Shown piece after piece: positions 24,401-36,400 of a stretch of DNA of 64,000 bases (positions are counted from its first letter, which is position 1; each line of letters opens with the position of its first letter). The DNA is from Okamejei kenojei (Eukaryota): contig CM069156.1 in assembly GCA_035221665.1 (NCBI GenBank), positions 23,994,001 to 24,058,000 on the forward strand. The letters are read 5' to 3'. A program made the translations under genes and the position numbers. Under the pieces are notes generated by a model. That model ran no database searches, was not told the origin of the DNA, and saw nothing but the letters and a program-made list of their open reading frames with translations.

Positions 24401-27400
24401 GGTAACACATAGTGAACAGAGTTCATTATTGTAATCTCACTGTTACAGGAAATTGGGATTCATGTCTCCAATATGGACAAGGGCACATTGCCTGTGCTGA
24501 GATCTCTCTTGTTTTCTCCATGTTAATTCTAATGGGGATGACAGTGTTGCTGTATGTTGAAATCCATGCAGCCCAAGTTGACTACCTGAGCTAGTCCCAT
24601 TTGCCCATGTTTGGCCCATATCCCTCTCAACCTTTACTATCTATGTACCTGTCCAAACTTTGTAATTGTACCCATCTCTACCACTACCTCTGGTAGCTCA
24701 TTCCCCATATCTCCCACCCTCTGTGTGGAATAAAGTTGTCACTCAGATCCTCTTTAAATCTTTCACCACTCACCTTAAAATGTCCTCTACCCTAGGAACA
24801 AGAATGCCGTTATTCACCTCATCTATGCTTCTCGTGATTTTATGTATCTCCATAAGGTCACCCCTTGGCTTCAATGCACCAGGGGAAAAAGCACTAGCCT
24901 ATCCAGGCTCACCTTATAACTCATACCCTCCAGTCCCAATCAAGTGAATCTCTTTTACACCCTTTCCGGCTCAATGATATTGTACCTAGGGTGACCTTGA
25001 CTGCTCTGCTATTAGGCCTCAGGCACTTAACTGAGAGCAAGTGCTAACAGAAATGCTGAATATTCATGTCCTTCATTAACTTCAGCTCATAAAACCCATA
25101 CTCCACTCTATTCCCTCTTCTTTGTACTTTCTGATTAAAATGTAAATGTATTTTATTTTCCACTCTCTCTGTTTAGGAGCCCGTTCTATCGAAGGAGCAG
25201 CCTGCATTTCAGTACAGCAGCCACGTCTCACTGCAGGCACCCAGTGGTCACATGTGGTGAGTAAGCCCGTTGCTGCAGTTAGATTCAGCTTTGTGATTGC
25301 CTCACTGTTTGCTGCATTGCCTGGTTTCTATAAAATAAAACCATTTGGAATGGAGTTTGTCTATTTGCACAAATATAGACCCTCTGTGTGGCACAGCAGG
25401 TAATCTGTGTGTTGCAGACATACAAATGCAAAGGTCCCTGCTCTATCTAGCACTTGTATTTGCCAGGATGATTGGAGCAAGGTTGATACAATTGTCAGAT
25501 TATCTAGCAGCAAAATCAGCCAAGGTTCTTGTACTAATCACTGAAGGGGCATTGCTGTGTGTGTGTGTTTTTGTGTAAGTGTAAATGTGTGTGTAAATGT
25601 GTGCATATCCAGGGAGCACCATCAGAGGGTTATGGCCTGTCCCATGATTGATTTCTTGTTTTTGTGTGCACTATCGGAACAAGAGAAACACATAAGGAAT
25701 ACTATTTCTCTGGGCGTTTGTAACCGCAGTGGAATGCTTTGACTTAACTTTAGAGATATCTATTTTTAATTTCCTGCTGCCTGCTAGTATCCTGAAGCCT
25801 GAAACAAATGTGTACCTCTTCCTGACCAGGTGTCATGCTGTCGTTTCTTCATCACTACTTACTGCTCAAACCAACCAACATCTAACATTGTAATAATTGA
25901 CAATCTTGTCAGGCATTTTTACTCCCCCTACCAGCATGGAAAGCCATGTGATTTTGTTTAAAGCTGCTGAAGCTTGCTTACTGTGAACCAAAGTTTGAGG
26001 TTCAAATCTCTGCTTTAACAGTACAAATAATAGAGGTAATGTTTCAGGTTGAAGATCCTCAGCATTTTCTGTTTTGTTATTTATTTATTTTTTTAAAATA
26101 GATTTTCAAACTTCCTCCCACTATCTGTCACCAGGGTTTACAGTTAGTCACTATTGAAGTAGAGGTCCAGCCAGGAAGGCATGGGAGCCCCAGTGTCAAA
26201 ACGGAACTATCCCAGAGACATATTCAGTGGGCAATATTAGCATGCATTTGTTGTAGCTGTTAATGATGTGGTCACTTTTTGTGACTAAGTGGATAGATAG
26301 ATAATAGGCAAGAGGGTGAGAGGTTGCCAAGTGTAGACAGAAATGTGGTACTGAGGTTACTGTCACAGCATTGTCTTGTTGAATGATGGAGCTGGCCTGA
26401 GGGGGATAGCGTCCTACTTGTGCTTGTTATTCATGTGTTCAGATGTGCTGATTATCAATTTGTTGCTTGAAGGCCAAAACTAACAGAAGTATAAGGACAT
26501 TCGTGCACTGCTCATAAAGGAGGTCAATATTTTATTTAGCGGTCTAATTCACTGATCACAAATTCAACTATGCTTGCAGGCTGGGCGAGGTCATTAGTTT
26601 TGAGGTGTTTACGTGACTGCTGACTCTTTGCTTTTTGACTAAAGTTACTGATGGACTTTTGTCTGCTGCCTGACTTGCTTCACTGCTGCTTTTCCGTTCT
26701 GGCTTCTGTCTCTTGGAGTGACTGCCCAGGCTGATGCATATATTTTTTAAACCTTATTCTTCTGCAGGATGTGAGTGTAGCTTGCATAGCTGGCACTTAT
26801 TGCCCTTCCGCTGTGGCCATTTCAGAAAGCAGTTAAGAGCAGTTTGGAGCATCCATGTCACAGCACCAGAGACGTGGTTCGATCCTGACCTCGGGTGCTG
26901 TCTGGAGTTTACATGTTTTCCTTGTGATTATTGGGGTTTCCTCCCACATCCCAAAGACTTGGAGAGTTGAAGGTTAATTGGCCTCTAAATTGACACTGGT
27001 GTGTAGGGAATGGTTTGAAAGTGGAATGACGCGAATCTAGTGTGATTGAGGAATAAATTATCAGTTTGGACTCAGTGGGTGAGGAGCCTGTTGCCATTCT
27101 GAATATCAATCAAATTAAATTCCATTTACCATTATTTTGCATAGTTTAACAGCTGAACAGTATTATCCTGTATTGTATGACCATCCTCTCATTATAAAAA
27201 TCTTTGCTAATTTTCCTGTCATCTGCAAACTCCAGCATTCGCGTTCAAATTATTAAATGTATACAACATACAGTAAGGGTCCCAATGCTGATCCGTGGGG
27301 TATCCCACGGGTCTCAAGCTTCCAAATACAGACGCAGACCTTCTCCATCACCCTCTGCCTCCTATTATGAAGCCAATTTTTTGATCAATTTAATCTTGGA

Positions 27401-30400
27401 TCCCATGAGCTTTAACCTTTGGGGACAGTTTCCCATGTTTGACCTCGTAAAAGGTCTTGCTGAAGTTCCATTTGTCATTGCCCACCAATACATTTTGTTA
27501 TCTCTGAAAATTGCAGTCAAATTATTCAGATGGGATTTTCCCTTTATTAAAGCCATACTGACTACCTATCATTGATCCCTGCCTATTTAACTGCAGATTA
27601 ATCATGTTCATTCGAATTATTTCCAATAACCTGCCATTGGACTTGCAGGTCTATATTTACCAGATATATCCATGTTGCTCTTGTTGCGTAAAGGTACAAA
27701 TTACCTAACCTTCAGTCATCTTGTCACCTACCCTGTGGCCAATGAAGATTTAAATATCTGTTTGGGTCCTTCCTCCCTACCTCCCATAGCAGCCTGACAC
27801 ATCTTGTCGTCTTTAATGATAACATGTTCCAGAATTTTACCATCCCTCTCACTGAATCCCCCAACTACAATTCCCTGGTAATATATGTGGGAAGCATTAA
27901 TTTAGCACATTGCTTCCTTCCTCTGGCTCCACACATACAGATTGCTGTTTTTATATCTAATTTTATGATTATTCTTTTCCCCTAAATATTACTTAAAATC
28001 TGCTTTGGGATCTTCTGTTATCATGTCCATCAGTGATATTTCACACCCTCTCTTTTCTCTCCTAATGTCTCTTTTAAATACCCCCCTACACTTTCTGTAC
28101 TCCTGAACTCCTATTTTCAGTTCTCTGTGCCTGCCATATGCTTTTTTTGTCCAGCCATCCAGAGTTCCACGACTTCCCTAATAGCAACATGCTGGCCCTG
28201 AACTCTCCTACAATTTCCCTTTTGAATAACTACTAGTCAGATATCAAACTGCCTTTAAGTAACAGTTCCCAAGCTACTTTTGTCAGGTGGTATGCTATTG
28301 AAATTGAACTCTTCCATTTCAGGACCCTTTTTCCCTCAAACCATCCTCTTCCAAGGCCCTTTCCATAACTACCTTGAAACAAAGACACATTGACTCAACC
28401 TCCCAAATGCTCTCTTACTGACACTTTGACCACCTGCCATCGACAATTATGTCAGGTTTTGCCCTTTTTCCATCTAAGTACTGCCTCAAACAGCTTGCAT
28501 GGATGCACTTAAAAATTCCACCCCTGCTACATCTTTCACACTAAAGCCATCCCATTTAATTTTGGGCATATTGAAATACCCTATTATTATGGCACTATTA
28601 CTCTTGCATTTCTCTGTTATTTGTCAACATGTCTGGTCCTCTATCTTCTGGTTGCTGTTACAAGGCCTGTTGTCTACTCCCAGCAGATTATTCATTCCCA
28701 TTTTTATTCAACCCTGGAGGGAAATTGGTCTGCCAACGGTCACAACATACAAGGTCCATCTACCTGGCCTTGAGATATCCTCCCTCTTTTTTTCAATAAT
28801 GGATTCCCTAATCAACATTGCACTACTACGTCCATTGCATGCTGCCCTTTCATGCGTGAGGATTTTACAGCTTGGAATGTTGAGCTACCAGTCCTGCCTG
28901 TATTTCAACCATGCATGCCTCTGTAATAGCAACTATCATACTTCCAGTTGTTGGGCAATACTCCGTACGTTTAACTGCTTTACCAGTCAGACTCCATGCT
29001 TTAACATAGATGCAATTTAGACTCTCATATGCCTGATCTCATCCATTTCTGATCTGCATTCTTGACTTTCGTACCTATGACTGCATCTCACCGCAGCACT
29101 CACCTCTTCATCCCAAACTGTACATATATTCTGTTTCCCATCCCTGAATACCTTAAGGTCCTGCTCTTTTATCTGTGATCTAGCTTTTTAAATTTATGTT
29201 GCAAGAATTATCACATTTTTCTAAAGTTGTTGGTACAAAAGTTGCCTACGTGGGTTTTCTCCAAGATCTTCGGTTTCCCCTCACACTCCAAAGACGTACA
29301 GGTATATAGGTTAATTGGCTTGGAAAATGTAAAAATGATCCCTCGTGTGTGTAGGATAGTGTTAATAATAATGTTAATATGCGGGGAACGCTGGTCGGCA
29401 CGGACCCGGTGGCCCGAAGGGCCTGTTTCCGCTAAACTAACTTAAATTTAGTTTAGTTTAATCTAGTTTATCTCTAAACTAAACTAAATTTAAAAAAGTT
29501 CACTGGTGTTGTCATAAGCTAATAAGCAGGAGTTTTTAAAAATAGAAACAAATTGGCTTAGAAGTTGGAAGGTTGCCTGGTATGTTATTAGCTGGTGCTA
29601 TTTCTCTGCCGTACTTTTTGGCGGCCTTGAGTTTGAGCCAGGGAGGGAGACTTTCTTAAATAGGAATAGACCAAAAGCATAATGGAGACCTGTCCACCGT
29701 TGGTGTCTCGGAAGTAAACTACAAAGCTCAGCTTGCTGCTGGTGTTGGCCCGTCAGATTTGTTGCTGTCTTAAAAGTCCATGGTAAATCTAAATTGTTCC
29801 TGCTTCATGGCTCCAATGGGCTTCCATGGGCTTCATGGCTCCAATGGGCTGGCGCCAGTTTAATGCTAGATCACAGGCTAGCATGCCATCTGTTATATTG
29901 CTAAATCCAACACTTCCTTCCCCTAGCAGAGACTACTGTTGAGGGTGGCAGCCACTGTTTTCAATGATGTGAATGCATTGTAAGCAGATGCACAGATAGT
30001 GAATGAATCTACCATGCCCACAGGCTGCTGGATATATCCTGTCCAGGTGATAAGGAGCTTATGTTTGCAGCGATGATGCTTCCTCTGCAGAACATGACTG
30101 GCTCCTACTCATTTTAGGTATCTTTGTCAGCTCATGAGATCTTTTTTTTGTCAATTGTTCAACTGATTTTGTGATCTAAATTTCATTTGAGATTTTCATG
30201 CTCCGTCTTTGAATACAAGATGTATGAGATATTAGTTATGTTCTGGCATTTCCCTCCATGACCTTGTAATCTTCAATATGCGAATTGGGTTTCCCATATA
30301 ATCCAGCCTAATTTTTCACAACCCAATTATTCCTAACTACTTCAGTGCTCTCTGGTGGATTTATTCCCAGCTGTCCATAGGATTCAGCCAACTCTTGCTC

Positions 30401-33400
30401 AAAATTAATCTGGTGAATGTGCATGAGGATTAAGAGCAGGGAGAGGATTTACTGAATGGCTGGAATGTAGTTATGCAATACCATTGTTTAACAAGAGAAA
30501 GGGGACAACTATGTAACTGTGGGTCTGTTGGGCTGCCAATGGTGGTGGGTAAAAGATGGATAAAATTCTAAGGGCATAAATCTGATATGGATACGTTTGC
30601 CTTTGTGTGGATCTTAGCGTGATGTTTGGTAGTCAACACAGCAGTCTGATCATCAAAGAGAAAGTCGATGGGATCTGGTTGAAAAATTGTCTTGGTTGAA
30701 AAATGAATTTGGTGACCGAAAACAAAGATAATAGATGATAAATGGTTTTAGTGACCAGGGGGCTGTAAGTAATGGGCTTCCATAGAGTTCACTCATTTGT
30801 ATTTTTGTAGTGCATTGGACTTGGATATAGTGGTCATAATCAAGATGTTAGTTTCAGTTACCAGAATGAGTGGTGCAGTTGGTACTGAGGAGGAACGTTT
30901 TGGGCTGCAGAGGAGATCAGTGGGACTGGTGTGCAGATCAGCAGATGGGATTCAGTGCAAGATACTGCACGCTGAAGCAGCTCGATCTCACTGGCACTGT
31001 CATCAATTGGCCAACAACGTCATTGGGAAGGATGTGACAGCACCAGAGGGGTGCAGAGGATGGTACCAAGATGGAAATTATAATTGATGAGAAACTGTTT
31101 GTTTTTCTTGGTAGTAAAGATAGCGGTTACCATAGCAGTTACCTATGTCCCATTTACAGGACATAAGTGACAACGTTCATGAGAGGAGTTGGAGGAGGGA
31201 GAATGGCATGCAGAGTCTGAAGAAGGGCTCCCGACCGGAAATGTTACCTATCCATTCCCTCCAGAGATGCTGCCTGACCTACTGAGTTACTTCAGCAATT
31301 TGTGTTTTGCAGGCAGAGATTTGTTTATTGATTGAAGTGTTGTGAGTTGCTGAAATGGTGAGGGGGACCACACTCCTTGATGACAGTCACAACCTGCTGG
31401 GTTACTGACTGAGAGTTAGGAAATGCATCACAAAATCCAGTCACTCTTGGCCAGAAAGGATATAATGGGCTGAATGACCTCTGCCAGAGCTGTAAATTTC
31501 AGTAATTATGATGTTCACTGGGGATCATAACTAAATTAAAAACCGTATAGCTTGGGACTCAGCAATTTCTGCCCTTAGGATGTCTCTCCCCCCACCCCCA
31601 TTACCCAACTCCTGGAGCCCATGTAGGGAGTTGTCTAGGTCACAGATTGCCTGCTTATGCTTTACTAAGTCAAAAAAACATACTTTGTGTATGCTAGGGT
31701 CACCCATTGGGTTTGATTCTCCTTTCCAGGAGGTTTGCTGCAGTTGGAGGTCTGTGTTAGACTTTCCCTTCCAGCCAACCCTCCCTCGAGTCTCAAGTGC
31801 AATTTGTGGGGATTGCAAACATTTTGTGATTCTCTCGTATCTCGCTAGGATCAGTGTCCTAATCATGTTTGCTCAAACTTCTGAGATATGTCTTGGGGTA
31901 TTTTATTGCATTACAAACAGTGCATTAGTTCTGAGATAGACTGATTTGGATGGGAATGTGTTAATAAGAGCATGTCCATGGGTACTGTACTCACAAGAGT
32001 CTATGAATAAACCTTCCCTTTAGATTTCATCCCAGCTAATCCCCTCCCTTCCCACTTTCCTAGCGTTGCTTCCATAGATACTATAAATCAGTTGTTGGGG
32101 GGCATTTCCGGAGACTGATCTTGTCTCTGCATTCCACAGGGGTTCCTATCGCTTTGAGAGCACCAACCGGAGTCTCCTCGATGTTCGTATTCCACCATTC
32201 TCCCTCGAAAGCAACAACGGCGACTCTCCCAATGGGTTCTTGCCAGGCCCATTCGCCTCCTTAACCTAAGTACGAGGTAGTTACTGCAGTCTCTCACTAC
32301 AATGGTAAAAAGTGTAAAGGTAGCAATAGACTTTGGGGAAATAGGTTTGTGCTGCCCCCAATCTGTGGACTGCCTTCCATGGTATAGAAGTTCAGTTAGG
32401 CTCAACAATAACCAGAAGGTGAGGTATCTGTTCCTGTTGGATAGAACTGATTATCACTGTAGAAAGATGAGAATTTCACCAATTCATACTATGATGCTGT
32501 AATGATAGGTACATTTATGGCATTGCTGCAGCAGTTTGTAGACGTGTAATACCATATAGTTTGTTAGTGCAATAGTGTGATTTTTTTCCTGTTCTCCTTT
32601 GTCAGTATTTTAAATAATCTCACCGATTACCATGCCTCTTTTGCTGCCTCTGACCAATATTGAACGTACTAAGCAGTATGTCAGGCAATTATCTAGGATT
32701 GTTGTAGGTGATCTCTGAATTAAAATGTTGTTACCTTATTACTTCGAAGGAATATTGTAAGCAGTGGTACTGTTAATTATTCCCCAATGTAGATGTCACC
32801 AGCAAGCCCACCATTTAATGCTCATCCCTAGTCACCTTTAGGAAAGTGGTGGTGAGCATCTCGAGCTGTTGCTGTTCTTCTGGTAAAAATTCTGCCGGTT
32901 CTGTTGGGTTGGCCTTTTATTAAGGGTTTCCAGTCAGAAAGACATCCATCCAGCGTTGCCCTCTGCATTCTATCACCAAACCAATTTTTGTATCCATTTC
33001 GTCAACACACCTTGGATCTCTTGTGCCTTAACCTTCTGAGAGCCTACTATGCAGGATTTTGTCAAAAGCCTTAAACATGTCTACTGCTCTGCCTTCCTTG
33101 ATTTTTTTTTTTCAGTTACCTCCTCAAAATACACGGATTTGTGAGATGATATTCTCTGCAGAAAGTCGTTCTAACTCATCAGTCCCGGCCTTTTGAAATG
33201 AACATAAATCCTGTCCCTCAGCATTTTTTCAGTTTCCCTATACCCCCCCCCCCCCAATGTGATACTCCCTGTCATTTCCATGCTTATTTCCGCTGCCTCT
33301 CTTGAATAGAGACAACATGAGCTACCCTGCACTGTTCTGGTACTTAATCCATGGCAAATGAAGGTTCAAAATTTTCCATCAGTTCCCAAGTAACCTCCCT

Positions 33401-36400
33401 TCCCCTTTTCTTCCCTTTGTATCCTGAGATAGATTTTATCATGTTCTAGGGAATTTTCCACTCTGATGTAGCTCCAATATTTCTTCTGTCCTTCTGTTAC
33501 AGACATGCTCCAGAATACTAGTATTTCCCTCCCATCTCCAGTTTCCACGTCCTTCTTACTGGTGAATAAACTCGGTGGCAGAGCTTCCATAACCCTCTTG
33601 TGGAGATAATTCTAGAAATTCACCATGCCTTGGGTGATATGTTTGCATCTCTAACTGGAATATCCAACTACGTATGAGACTGACTCCTTATACTTATACC
33701 CCTGCCATGGGAAATATCTCTGCATCTATCTTGTCACATCACTCATTGATTCAGAGACTACCTCGCATTCTGCCAAACAATAGAGAGCACAGTCCTTGTT
33801 TTTCTAATGCTTGCTCCATGAAAGCGACACACAAGTAAATAGAGTGGTAACGAAGGTATGTGGTATGCCTGCCTTCATCAGGAAGATTTTCATTGTTTTC
33901 TCTGGAACGTCAGAGGTTGAGGCTAGACCTGATGGAAGTACATTAAAATTATGAGAAGCATACATGGGATAGACAATCGGAACCCTTTCCCCACAATCAA
34001 AATGTCAAGGACTAGAGGGCATAGCTTTAAGGTGAGAGGGCAAAGTTCAAAAGAGATGTACAGGGTAAGATTTTTACACAGAAAATGGTGGGTGTCTGTG
34101 TTGTGCTGCCAGGGGTGGTGGGGGAGGCAGATATAAAAGTGACGTTTAAGAGGCTTTTAGATAGGCACGTGGATACACAGAGAATGGAGAGATATGGATC
34201 ACATGTAGGCAGAGGAGATAATATCCATCTGTATATTCATCACTGATTTCCGCCATGGCAAGTTTCCCCTTGGCTATGAGGCTAAGACATAATATTCCAG
34301 GTTTAGTTTCACCAGGGCCCTGTAATTAAGCAAGACATCCCCACACTTTTAATTCAATCCTCTTGAAATTAAAGCTAATATTCAATTTAAATAGAAGTCC
34401 AAATGGTGAGAGATTTATTAGTTCCAATGCATGATTTACAAATGTATCGTAAAATTCCATTAATTCAGCAAGCTCAGGATTTTGGTGTCAGACTGGCAAT
34501 TTTTCTGGATTATTGGACATCATTTCGATTGGCAATCCAACAGATTTTCAATTTCACTTCTTTGTTAAGACGGTAGAGTAATATAAAGATTCTAGTGTAC
34601 CGGGTAGGTTTAAAGGGAAGCTGGAAAATGGGGCCTTAGTGTTTCAAGGGAGCATGGAAAACGGGCCCAGGTGAGTTTCAAGGGAATATGGGAATTAAGG
34701 CTCTGCTGCGTCAAAGGGAGTGAGGGATTGGGCCCCGGTGAATCAAAGGAATGTGTAACGGGGCCCCAGTGAGTCAAAGGAAGTGAGGGAATTGGGTCCT
34801 GTGAGTCAAAGGGAGTGTGGGAACTGGGCTGTAGTGAGTCAGTGGCCGAAGTATCGGGATATCTGAACAACAAGCTAAAGGATTAATGGGGTTTGGCAAA
34901 TAACCCTGAAAACTAACAATATTATTGTTAATTGCTTTGGGGAATTGTTTACATAAGTGGAGGTGTTGTGCTGCAGTTAAATAGATGTTGCTGAGACCAC
35001 TTTGAATATTGTGCATAGTACCAACCTTATTTAAGGAAGGATATTAATGAGTTGAAAGCGGTTCCGATAAAATTTGCTGGACTGGTACAGAAATAGGCTA
35101 GTTACGCAACAAGGAATAGTTGGACAGGTTGTACTTGTATTTCCTGGAATTTGGAAATGTGAAGCAATTTGACTGAAAAATAAAAGATCTTCAGGGGACC
35201 TAACAGGATGGATGTGGTAAAAAAAAATCTTTCCTTTTGTTGAAAAATATAGAACTGGAGGCTTCTGTCAAGGAGATTTTCTCTCTTAAAAGGTTGTGAC
35301 TTGGCAACTTTCTACCTCAAAGGTTTGTGAAAGAGTTTGTATATATTTACGACAAAAATAGGTGAATTCTCAGTAAACAAGGGGATGTAGATATGATTCA
35401 TGTCCTGTGTTAAATGTGATTGGGTTGGGAGATGGGGTAAGTGGCTATAGAGGTTACCATGTACAGGAAATGTGAAGAAGTGTTAGGAGGGGCAGGGTTG
35501 TTTGATGTTTTGGGTGTGTTGTGGAGCTGTGCTAAAGCAGATGGACAGATTGCTGCTGCTTATTACTGTTTGCACCTTTCACAGGGGCTCGTTCACTTTC
35601 CAACGGCCAGGCAGCAGCACCTTCGATGTTTCCATCCCATCCTTTTCTCTCGAGAGCAGTAGTGAGGACGGCGGGCCCTTCTCCTCCCCAGTCTGAGTAT
35701 TTGCCTCCAGATGGAGTAACTAAACACAGTCTGCACTCAGGATCTTTCCTCGAACCAGAGCACCAGTGGACCCAACTCCAGGGGTTGTGCTGCTTGGACA
35801 AAGATGTGGCACATCACCAGCCTCTGCACAGGGACATGTGGCCAGTTCCACCATAATATGCGCACTCACTCAGGCTTCTGTTGGGGGTTAGATTTGGATG
35901 GAGATGGATGAGGTGAGTGGAGGCAGGTAGATTTGGATGGAGATGATGAGGTGAGTGGAGGCAGGGGAAATGTTTGCTGGTGTTGAGTTTGGGTTGGGGT
36001 TAATTAATAAGATATTAATTAGGAGCAGGATTGGCTTCTTGCTAATTGTCTTGTAGTCCAGGACCTCTTTTTTTGGAGAAAGTGCCGTGTGCTTTCTCTG
36101 TGTTACTTGCTTTTATGAAGTCTGCTGTGCTGTATTGTGAAGTTATATAAGAATCAAACTTCACTGGAGACAGGACAATAGTGTACACCTGGTACTTGGG
36201 AGCCCAATATGTGTAACGGTATGGATGACCTATGCCAATGCTACAAAACAGTTCCAGATTCTGTCTTTCAAACTTGTTGCTATGGCAACATTTTGTGTTA
36301 AGCACTGGGGTACTGTAATGAGAAGTACTCTTGTCACTGTAACACGGGTACAGAACTGGTGAGGACATCTGTCACTTATAACACGGGGGTACAGTATTGG

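Noticed and set aside
25257-32139. Search for a fourth copy of the POLDIP2 last exon
   Set aside because: No further acceptor followed by a G..F.....DV.IP.FSLES-like sequence was found by eye. A TBLASTN would be needed to exclude a decayed copy.
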